DNA of 64,000 nt from Anolis carolinensis (taxonomy: Eukaryota), in NCBI RefSeq assembly GCF_035594765.1, contig NC_085842.1, positions 77,352,782 through 77,416,781 on the forward strand. The letters run 5' to 3'. Shown in pieces: positions 11,889-22,200 of the stretch. Under the pieces are notes generated by a model. The model ran no database searches. It was given only the letters and a program-made list of their open reading frames with translations, and was not told where the DNA came from. The position numbers and the translations under genes are program-made. Every line of letters starts with the position of its first letter. The first letter of the stretch is position 1.

Positions 11889-12005
11889 TGTCAAAGGCTT
11901 TCACAGCTGAAATCACTGGATTGCGGTGAGTTTTCTGGGCTGTATGGCCATGTTCAGAATACTTCTGGAGCATGGCCATACAACCCGGAAAACTCACAGC
12001 AACCC
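11889..12005. mobile_element. Penelope-like element terminal fragment forming a fold-back
   Basis: gtgagttttctgggctgtatggccatgttc / gagcatggccatacaacccggaaaactcac inverted arms; degenerate direct flanks aagcttttattttgtgt / aagtttttatttgtgt. Confidence 0.6.
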
Positions 12006-12291
12006 AAGTTTTTATTTGTGTAGACTTTTTATTTTTCATATTTTTATATTGAGTCTAGTATTTTCACTGGATCTCTGCTGTTGAGGTATTGCTCTTATAC
12101 TGTTCTTTTAAAAGCATGATGTGGGTCACTTCAGAAATTTATTTATTTATTTATTTCAATTACATACATACAGTAATTTAAAATTACCTAGCAAAATTTA
12201 TTCCTTTAACTATTTTTATGTGGTGATGCTTAAGGAAATAGTTGTTTCTATTATTTACTATCAATTTTTATGTATATGTTTTCCATTTTAG

Positions 12292-12354
12292 AAAAATTGC
12301 CTTATCTCAAGTGCCCACTGCATACTGTCTTAAAATTAACCCCAGTGGCTTATG
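12292..12354 (+). CDS. PFKFB4: PFKFB4 coding exon ([21 protein letters not shown])
   Basis: ttttag|...G|gtaagt, 63 nt. Confidence 0.97.
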
Positions 12355-12779
12355 GTAAGTTTTTCAATATTTTTTCTATAAGGGTATTTATATTGCATCA
12401 GCTACAATGATTATGACAAACATTATGTGTCTTTATGATTGCATCCTATTCATGTATTATGATCTGGCACATGCAATCCTAATTCAATTTTGTAGCTGTC
12501 CTTATAGGTTGGAAGTATTTTCCAATATGCAGTGACCCAAAGTTCCCCAACTTGCCCTTTGCACAGTGCAGCCCCACCAGCATAGCTACTTCCCTGTCTT
12601 CCTTCTCCCTGAATAACGGGTTTTGTGTGACAAATGTTTGAATTTTGAATGTAGACTGATTCAGAAAAAAAGTTCTTGTTTTGTCTGTTCCAGAATATCA
12701 TGGATACTGAAAATTTGGAGTTTTTATTAAACAAAAATGGATTTTAAAATAAAACAGAATGACCATTATTTAATAAGTC

Positions 12780-12968
12780 CCAGATGCTGACTCTGGAGAC
12801 CAGGGCTTGAATTTCTGCTCAGCCATGGAAACCCATTGGGTGACCTTGGGCATGTCACACTCTTTCAGCCTCAGAGGGAGGCACAAATCTGACCAAGAAA
12901 ACCCCAAGATAGGTCCACCTCATGATCGACTTAACTCAGACATCAATTGAAGTCATGCAACAACAAAT
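12780..12968 (+). mobile_element. tRNA-derived SINE (Anolis SINE2/MIR-like)
   Basis: ctctggagaccagggcttgaat...agccatggaaacccattgggtgaccttgggcatgtcacactctttcagcctcagagg body. Confidence 0.65.
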
Positions 12969-13198
12969 AAGAGGATGAAGACAGAACTCTAGCGACATCT
13001 AGTGTCCAAAATCCATTATAGATCATAGAAAGTAGGAACCTTTCTAGTTTTTTTTTTTAATGAGAGCATTATTGGTGTCAGTTCAGTGTTGGGGTTCAAG
13101 GTAATCACACACTTAACAGAATTAAGGAACAGGGTGACCCATCTAACAGGAAAATATGCAGTCTTGTTTCCAGGCAATCAAGGATTAATGGTCTAGAC

Positions 13199-13333
13199 GA
13201 GTGGTTCTCAACATGTAGGTGCCCAGGTGTTTTGTCCAACAACTCCCAGAAATCCCAGCCAGTTTACCAGCTGTTAGGATTTCTGGGAGTTGAAGGCCAA
13301 AACATCTGGGGACCCACAGGTTGAGAACCACTG
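13199..13333. mobile_element. hAT-Charlie-type palindromic MITE
   Basis: TIR (c/g)agtggttctcaac...gttgagaaccactg; 8-bp TSD GTCTAGAC/GTCTAGAA. Confidence 0.85.
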
Positions 13334-13651
13334 GTCTAGAAAGATAATCGTGTTATGTATACATTTTATAGGATCATACTAAGCCTTTCAACTTTGCAGT
13401 AAGATTATTTTACCCAAACTACCAGAGACAGTCATTCAACTCTACTGGGTGTTGTCCCTTGGACTGAAAGAGACAGTCTTTTTAATACAGTATTAAAAGA
13501 CACTTGCAGTGCTGCAGTACTGAAAGCAAGACCATTAATTCCAGAGGTTGTCTATGAAGCAATATTGTGGGCACACCTTTCTGGCATGGGAATCACTGCA
13601 ATACATATCCTTCCAATGATAAAGGTTAGAATTACCCTTGAAAGGGTTGTA

Positions 13652-13969
13652 GAGGTTGAGCATCCCTGATCTGGAATTCCACAATTCTCCAAAATCCAAA
13701 ATTGTCCAGATAGATGGTTCAGAAAGGGACACCTATACTTTCTGGTGAAACTGCTTCATGCATAAAATTTTTAGAAATATTGAATAAAATTATCTCCAGA
13801 CTATGTATATAAAATGTATATGAAACATAAATGAATTTCATGTTTAGAGTTGGGTCCCATCTGCAAGATATCTTATTAGGGGCATATGCAAGTATAGGCA
13901 TTGATATTGGAAATAAAAATACAAAAGTCTTCTCATCCCAAGCATTTTGGATAAGGGATACTCAACCTG
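13652..13969. mobile_element. Tigger/pogo-type non-autonomous element
   Basis: ta|gaggttgagcatccct...agggatactcaacctg|ta TIRs with TA flanks. Confidence 0.75.
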
Positions 13970-14240
13970 TATTTTGACTAGGCTTTCATAGCATTTCCTG
14001 ATGGTCATGGGAAGAATATTCTTACATTAACTATCAGTAATATTACAGGGGAACAGTTCACACACAGAGCTTTGTTTCACTGGAGTGCATTAATTGGGGT
14101 CTACCAGTGTATCCCAGTTTGTGATGAGGAATTAACATTTTGAACAATAGTGATTGGAGAAGGAGATCTTTTGCTTTTATTCTGGTTGTCCTTGTTGACA
14201 TAAAGTAGCAAAACATCTAAACATTGATATTTGTCTACAG

Positions 14241-14305
14241 GTTGCAAGGTGGAATCCATATTTCTGAATGTTGAAGCTGTCAATACGCACAGAGACAAAC
14301 CACAG
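14241..14305 (+). CDS. PFKFB4: PFKFB4 penultimate coding exon (GCKVESIFLNVEAVNTHRDKPQ)
   Basis: ctacag|...CAG|gtagga, 65 nt. Confidence 0.96.
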
Positions 14306-16028
14306 GTAGGATAGTTTTACTATTGCAAAGGTAAACTTGGAATTCTAAAAAGGAGGGAGCAGCACTCACCTCCCTCCCACTGCTTCCCTCATTTCTTTAG
14401 GAAAAATAGGACACTAGACAAACGTTTTAAGTTACTCTGTACAGGGTTTAGTTTGCCTCTTATTAGAGTGAGAATTCAGAAATAACAAAAGTCTTGTTCA
14501 GGCATTGTTTAGTGGTTCAGATCAACATAGGGAGGAGCCTTGCCCCACCCCTTTCCTCATTGTGGTGAAGAGCTGCTATGACAGGATCCTCGTGGCGATT
14601 TGGATGACCTTCACATACAGACTCTTCGGATTTCTCACTTTCCTTGTCAGGCAAGTGACAAAGAGGGCGGGCATACTATCTTGCCCTCTGTATGCGTTTG
14701 TATTTGCTTTTATGTGTGAACATTCAAAATAATGCATTCTGCATTTTTAATAAAAAGAAGAAATGGTTTCACATTGTTCTTTATCCCTATTCACATAATC
14801 ATATTTTCTAACATTTCCCTACAGGTATTTTAATTTTTCCCTTTTTTGCAGGGACATTTCATGGACTTTGTAGGCAGTCTTCCCACACTAGATCTTCTCA
14901 TTACTTTTAAATTCACTTCAGACATGAACTGCCAAATCCTCAAATGATATTGATGGGATTGTGAGAGCAGGAGCTTTGACGGTTGATTATTTTTTTGTTC
15001 TGTTTCACTTTGAATTTACTCTCTGTCTGTTCTTTGTAGCCGAAGCTCATGCTTTATTTCTGCGGTGTCCTTAAAGTTAGTGTGAGCCATAGTTAACACT
15101 AGTTGCTCACTTTATAAGAAGGGGTCTACATGGCCTGTCCATTTCAGTATTATATTGCACATGTACCGCCCATTTAGTAGTTAAAATACCATCATTATTT
15201 GGCTGAGAATAGCTCCGTATACATGCATATGCATGTAGTTATAGATCTGGACATACAGTGAGAAGAGGGCAAGTGGTAAAAAACCCTCTTTATACCGCAT
15301 ATTATTTCCTTTGTCTTGATGCTGACAAATGTTTGTGGTTGAAGAACTCAGGATTAAAGTTTATATCAGTAGCAAATCCCTGTAATAAGTGTCGCATTAT
15401 ACTGAATTCAGTGGGATTTTTTTAAAAGGCATAAATTCTGTAAATAATAGGAAAATGAAACATTTTCCCCCTCTCCTATCAACAGCAAAAATACTGTGCT
15501 CTGAACTTTTCTCACTTGTGCTTTGACATCACTTAATCCATGGCTACTTAAAACGGCATTTTTAAGACAAAAATCAAACACTTGTATGCAATATATTCAA
15601 AGATTATATTAATTAACAAGGTACAGAATCAATAGTAAATTTATAAGTGTTTTGATAAACACTACTAAATGCATGACGATGTAGCATCATTGATTGGAAT
15701 GCCTGGGACAAACCTTACAATAGTCAGTTGGAGGCATAGCTTATTATTGGATTTTGAGAACCAGAGAAGGATATTTTGCAAAATGAAGCTACTTAATTTT
15801 ACGATAGCGTGGCATCCATTTGCCTTCAGTATTTGTCTTTCTTAGAATCTCTTCTCTCTTTTATTTTTGTGAGTTTATGACACTGGTGATATGGCGTGCC
15901 TTGTGTGAGTGGATTTGGCAACTGATTGGGGAATCTTTAGAGGAGAGGAACAGATTGTGAGGAGCAACACATTGCTTCCAGTTGTGTTATTTTTGAGCCT
16001 CCTTGTAAACGAAAAACTTTCGTTTCCC

Positions 16029-16127
16029 ACAGCTATGATGATTTGCATGTGTCTCTTTGGGTGCTGTTGTATTTAACACCGATGAAGAGTTGATAATAAG
16101 CTGTTTTGTGAACACTCTGAAAGCTGT
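16029..16127 (+). ncRNA. Candidate intronic C/D-box snoRNA (orphan)
   Basis: ACAGCT/AGCTGT terminal stem; box C ATGATGA 16035-16041; D' CCGA 16079-16082; C'-like TTGATAA 16090-16096; box D CTGA 16117-16120; sense strand of a host intron. Confidence 0.35.
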
Positions 16128-16623
16128 CACAGTTTGGAGTACTGTTGTTTTTGTGCTGTCTCTAGAATGTTTAGCTAACTAAACAGTATGATAAGTTGCT
16201 CTGTTGAATCTGACTGCTGTGTTTCTATAACAACTATAACAGCGTTGCGATATCCTTAGCCTTGATGAAAGCAAGACATTATCTGCCATTTGGTTGCCAT
16301 GTAGCTATTAATTTGCTTTTTTAAACACTGTGAATATAATACAAAAATTAAGGAGCCTTTATAAATCAATTGCAGTTTGGGGACATTCTTCTATAAGATA
16401 TACAAGTCTGCAAGTCCATGTGTAAGTTTGAGAATATTGTGGCATATCATATTATTTATTGTGATCTAGCTTTTGAATGCCTAGTAAGTTGAAATTGCAA
16501 GGGTAAAAATGTACAACTGAACAATAAGAAAATATATTTTGAGAGTCAGGAATGGATGTTGTCCGGTGGGCACAGTGGCTGATGAGGCCAATTGGCATGG
16601 CCTGGTGTCACTCTCAGGGTGTC

Positions 16624-16644
16624 AACCCTAACCCTAACCCTAAC
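16624..16644. repeat. Short interstitial telomere-like repeat (AACCCT)3.5
   Basis: aaccctaaccctaaccctaac. Confidence 0.7.
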
Positions 16645-17087
16645 TGGTCACGTTTATGGTAGTCAATATGCTGTTTATTCTGTAACAGTAAAGCTGTGCC
16701 TTATGATTTGAACTTAATTGTACTTCTACTTTTACTGAGCAAATCCAGAGAGAGGCTTCTAAGAACTTAGGGTTGTCTTTTTGATCATAGCAGCTATGTG
16801 TCAAAATGATCCTACGTAGTGAACAACAAAGTGAAATCTGGGGGCCTCACATACTTATTACCAGATTTTGGAGGCTTTTCCAATGTTTTAGGTTATTTGA
16901 TTGTTAAACCCAGCTGGGTTCTATCCATTCATGGTTACTATTTTCCATGTTTCTTTGGCCTGATTTCGGAGGATGAAACTTTAATAAATCTAAACTTGGG
17001 TGGATTTGTATAAATTCCTAATGACAGAGGAAATTGAAAGTTGGCAAGTACTGAATGCTGTAAAGTTCTTAGTAGTAGGTTTAACTA

Positions 17088-17410
17088 CAGTAGAGTCTCG
17101 CTTATCCAACGTAAACGGGCCGGCAGAAAGTTGGATAAGTGAATATGTTGGATAATAAGGAGAGATTTTAAAAAAGCCTATTAAACATCAAATGAGGTTA
17201 TTATTTTACAAATTAAGCACCAAAATATCATGTTATACAACAAATTTTACAGAAAAAGTAGTTCAATACACAGTAATGCTATGTAGTAATTACTGTATTT
17301 ACAAATTTAGCACCCAAATATCCTGATGTATTGAAAACATTGACTACAAAAATGCGTTGGATATTCCAGAACGTTGTATAAGCGAGTGTTGGATAAGTGA
17401 GACTCTACTG
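17088..17410. mobile_element. Tc1/mariner-type MITE
   Basis: TIR CAGTAGAGTCTCRCTTATCCAAC, TA TSD; same family at 35519, 36416 and 58746. Confidence 0.92.
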
Positions 17411-17694
17411 TATGTTTTGTCAGAATAATTACACAAGCCACTGTACACACAGGGTCTCCTTTATAAAGTTGGGAGCAAATCCCACTGAACATAATGAATC
17501 CTATCTGCATAAACACACATAGTACTGCTAGCTGTATTTGTTAGTATGTTTTTAAAAGATGCAACTATCTTTGACTTTTTAAATATGTGCCAAATATTTG
17601 TTGATTTCACCAATTTAGCTAAGTGCTTACAAGGGAAGCTGGCTGACAGTGTTGTATGATAAACATTCTCCTCTGTATTTTTATTCATACGCAG

Positions 17695-17754
17695 AATGTA
17701 GACATTTCAAGAGATCCTGAGGAAGCCCTTGTAACTGTCCCTGCTCACCAGTGA
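17695..17754 (+). CDS. PFKFB4: PFKFB4 terminal coding exon A (NVDISRDPEEALVTVPAHQ*)
   Basis: acgcag|AAT GTA...CAG TGA; closely matches the mammalian PFKFB4 C-terminus (NVDISRPPEEALVTVPAHQ). Confidence 0.95.
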   Translation, partial: NVDISRDPEEALVTVPAHQ

Positions 17755-19264
17755 ATCCCGTTTCCTGATCAGCAATGAAACATTTGGTGCTGTTTTCAAC
17801 ATTTTACATTGAATTGATTTCAATCATTCCAATCACTTTGGAATCGACTCTTAATAATATCAGTTTCTGTGTCTTACATGGCATTTGGAAATCAATACAC
17901 ACTCAGTTCCTATTGGGCTGTTAACTGGTTGTCCCATTCTGCCAAATTCAATTTAATTGGTTGGACCATTTAATTACTTGCTCTTATGATGTCACTTAAT
18001 TGAATATTGCTAATTTTAATGCTGATGTTTTATATTCTTTTAAAGGTCATTTGTTTGAATTCTGTTTTGGAGGCTAAAACTGCAAGTTCTTGCTAATTTA
18101 GTGGGGCTTTTTTTCTTTAGTGATTGGATTGTTTTAAATAGAAGAGCATAATGTAATTTCTAGTTAGCCTAGCTAACAAGTGCATGAATGAAGTAAATAA
18201 GAAAACTAGCAAACTGTTTAACACTGATATTTTTGCAGGTCGTGATGTGCTTGACTCCTACCTTGGTGTGAAATAGTTTTTGTGGTTTTGTCACATTTGA
18301 TGGATCTGACTGATCAATTTTTAAGAACTTGACCAACTGAGGAGATGCTTGTGATAAATCAAGCAGCTTTAAAAAAGACAGTTACAAAAGCTCAGGACAA
18401 TTTTAAGATACTTTTAAACAACATCTCAGTAGACATTTTCTGTCATCATAGAGAATACCTGCCATAACACATGCATACTGTGTGTGAAAACAAAGTATGG
18501 CTCTTGCTCTGGATTTTACTAGCACACAAAGTTAATCTATTAACCAACTAATTAATAATTGAGAATTCCATATAGTTGTTCAGGGCCAGCTGTGGCTACC
18601 CGTGAGAGATACTTTATTTCACTTAGATTTTGCTGACAGCAGTCTAGTAAACCAGATGTGTGTGATTTTTGGGTTTGGAGTCATTTTGCAGTTCTTCAAG
18701 GTGACATAAGGGGATACTTTTAGAAGGCAGGTTTGGTAAAATCCATATTCGTACAAAACCCATTGGAGCAGAGTCTCAGGGGATGAAAAGGTAAAATGTA
18801 ATTAATTTAGCAATTGGAAGAGGCTGTGGTAGACAAACAATTACTGGCACCATTGACTTACCTGTGATGTTGCTAGAGGTGTCTGAGTGACTAAAGCGGA
18901 ATTTAGTTGGATATAGGAAAGCATTTGCCAAGACTCTCTGGCTTACTTCTCTTTGCCACATGTTTCTTCTATGTATTGTACATTAATTTTTGTTTTGAGT
19001 TGTTTGTTCAGCTCCACAGTTGCACAAGGTGGAGGATTCTTCTAGGTAGTGCCATTTTGCCAGGTTGTCTTTTGATCTGCCCACTCTGCTTCTGAGTCTG
19101 TTTGGGGACTTCCAAAGTTCAGGGCCATAATGAACAAGTGAATGTGGGCATGACTCACCCACTTGCTTGTCATACAGATTACAAGATCAGGTGGCAAATG
19201 GTTCCTGTCCAAGTGATTCTGTAGTGTTTCTTGAATCGACCATCTCCTTATTTATTTATTGTAT

Positions 19265-19426
19265 GGAATCATAGCATCTTAGAGTTTGGAGATACTACAA
19301 GGGCCATCCAGTCCAGCCCTGTTCTGCCATACAGGAATAAACAATCAAAGTACTCCTAAAAGATGGCTATCCAGCCTCTGTTTATAAATCTTCATTGAAT
19401 GAGATTCTACTACACTCTGAGGCAGG

Positions 19427-19459
<33 letters not shown>

Positions 19460-19890
19460 GCAACAACAACAAACTTTATTTGTATACTGCCCTATCTCCC
19501 CAAAAGAACTCAGGGTGGTTTCCAACATGTAAGGCAAAACATTCAATTATCCACCACCATAAAACATCTCTTAACATCAAGAAGTTCTTCCTAATGTTTG
19601 GGTGGAGTCTCTGTTCCTGTAGTTTGAATCATTGCTCCATGCCTTAGTATTTGGAGCAGCAGAAAGCAAACTTGTTCCATTTTCATTAGCACATCTTTTT
19701 TATATACGTGAACATGGCTATCATGTCCTCTCTGAACTCTGTCTTCTCTAGGCTAAACATACTCAGTTTCCCAAGACACGCCTCAGATAACTTGGCTTCT
19801 AGACCTTTTAACATTTTAGTTACCCTTGTTACCCATGTTCTAGCTTGTCAATATATTTCTTGAATTGTGGTGTCCAGAACTGGACACACT
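19265..19890 (-). mobile_element. CR1 LINE 3' fragment with a nested (AAT)n/L2-tail-like insertion
   Basis: CR1 text aagggccatccagtccagccc...aagttcttcctaatgtttgggtggag...ccagaactggacacac; (AAT)n/(AAC)n at 19427-19471. Confidence 0.75.
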
Positions 19891-20644
19891 ATGACTAAAA
19901 CAGAAGCTTTTTGTAGCTTTTTTTAAAAACAAAGAAATTACAAAAAAATTAAAAGGCGGCAGTGCTGTAGAAAGAAGCAGCGCCCAATCAGTTAAAATGT
20001 TTTCAGTACAAGCCATAATAACATTTTGAAGCCTCTTTTAAAATGTCAAAGATCTTTGCCTGCCAACAGAAGGATCTCTGGGCAAGGATTTCAAGAGCAT
20101 AGGAGTGACCACTGGGAATGTTTTCGCTGTCATCCCCACTAAGTGGGATTACAGTGGTAGTAAAACTAGGACCTTAAACTCCACATAGGTCTGTATTATT
20201 AATATGAAGTTTTAAATATTCTGAATCATGGAAGGCTTGATGGGTCATAACCCAAACTTGGAATTATGTCCAGAAGCAGACTATTAGCTGCATGTTCCCT
20301 GTAACTGAATCAGCCATACGTCTGCACCATTCTGGACTTGCTGATTTTTTAAAATGGTTTTCAAAGGAAACCCTGTGTGACATATTTTACAGTTGTCCAA
20401 CCAGTACAAATGATAAAGATGCATCTCAGTGTGGCTGGATATCACATCTTTAGAAACTGACAGTTTCTAGGCTTTGCTGTTAAAGTCTAGCCACCATTAC
20501 CAAAACCTTGGATTCCACCTTTGTGGGTAAATCCAAGAGGATGCCTCCACTGTGAGTCTGAATCTTCAAGAGGACTTAATTACTTGGTTTTCCTTTCATA
20601 TCATCAGCAGTAACTGTCTTATCTTGGGGGGGGGGAGGGGGAGT

Positions 20645-20941
20645 CATAGGGAGGAAGGAGCAAGCTTGTTTTCTGCTGCCCTGGTGACTAGGACGCAGAA
20701 CAATGGATTCAAACTATAGGAAAGGAGATTCCACCTGAACATTAGGAAGAACTTTCTAACTGAGAGAGCTATTCCGTAATGGAACTCTTTGCCCCGGAGT
20801 GTGGTGGAGGCTCCTTTGGACACTTTTAAGCAGAGGCTGGATGGCCATCTGTCAGGGTTGCTTTGAATGCCATTTCCTTCTTCTTGGCAGGGGGATGGAC
20901 TGGATGGCCCATGAGGTCTCTTCCAACTCTATGATTCTATG
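20645..20941 (+). mobile_element. CR1 LINE 3' end
   Basis: ggaaaggagattccacctgaacattaggaagaac...ttccaactctatgattctatg tail. Confidence 0.85.
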
Positions 20942-22140
20942 GATTAAACTTCAATTTGTGTGCTTTTATTCATTCTACTTTTTTTTGAATTGTGAGGGAT
21001 TTGACATGTGAGTCCTTTACACTTGAGAGTCCTGAGTCAAAGAGAAAATGTGGAGGGAAAATAGCTGCATCCTATAAACTTTTATCAGCTGAAGGCCGAA
21101 CTTACTCCTTCTCCTCTGTGTGTTCTTAAAGAAAACAAATAGCAAATTGGGTTTTTGCGGCATCAGGCACACACGTGGCTGTCTGTCAGAAGTCATTACT
21201 GCTAGTTCTTGGCTTTAGCAAACTGCTTTAATTCCACTTAAGTTCCACCATAATTTTAATGTAGTTTTGTCTGAATATTTTCAAAAACAATCTGCCCTGT
21301 TTATAATAGTTCTTACTGACAGACAGAAGGTTGGCTTTCTTTCAGGGACAGGCATTAAGCAGCATGTGTTTCATTACTACTACTTAACTAATGGCTGCAA
21401 ACTGCAGCATTCAGCAGGTTGTAGTCTGATATTGCCAGAATAAAAACCAGATAATGTACACATCTTAGAATCCAAATATATTTCACCTGATGGAAACTTT
21501 GTCCACTTTTCTCCAACACTTTTCTCTTGGATTATTTGAGGTGTATAGGCATTTTTTTGGGCTCAAACCTGTGAATCTTTTTCTCTTGTCCTTGTGTGCA
21601 TGGACATTAATGCTGAAGGTGAAGATGTGCTCCCTTTTGGTTGTTTACAGAACTTCCTATGTTGGCCATGGCCCATGGTGATAGTTTCTAATGGATGCCG
21701 AAAAATAAGCTGCTATCTTTGAGCTAACCTAACACAGATGTGGGATTTGGGGTTGAAGCCAAGTAGATGCAAATCCAGCAGGTTGTGGTCTCATTGATTG
21801 TCCAGTTAAACTGCTGTGGACTACATGGTGCAGTGCAACTAAAGTCCTGTCTGTATTGAAAAGTTTATTCTGCGATGAAAGAACTTGTAACAAAGTAATG
21901 CTATATCGAACCATCAGTGTCTGGATGTAGTTAGCATGAAATACTGCCTTATAGCAGTCCAAGCTTTAACATTTTGACTTGGAAGTAAGTCTCACTGAAG
22001 TGAGTGAGACATACTCTCGGGTAAGTCAGCACAGTCTAGTGGCCATGATTAAAGGGAAGCTTCACAAATAAGACAAAACTATGTCATTGAAACTGAAAGC
22101 CCTGACGATGTCTGACATGTTTTCTTCATGTTCTTTTCAG

Positions 22141-22200
22141 AATGTATGCGTTAACCGCTCTCGGGACGAAGCTTTGAGGACTGTACCTAATCACTTGTAA
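22141..22200 (+). CDS. PFKFB4: PFKFB4 alternative terminal coding exon B (NVCVNRSRDEALRTVPNHL*)
   Basis: Strong acceptor ttttcttcatgttcttttcag|; same phase, same 60-nt length and homologous peptide as exon A. Confidence 0.8.
   Translation, partial: NVCVNRSRDEALRTVPNHL

Noticed and set aside
19399-19647. Poly-Asn ORF (and the poly-Ile ORF at 57472-57687)
   Set aside because: (AAT)n microsatellites in TE tails.
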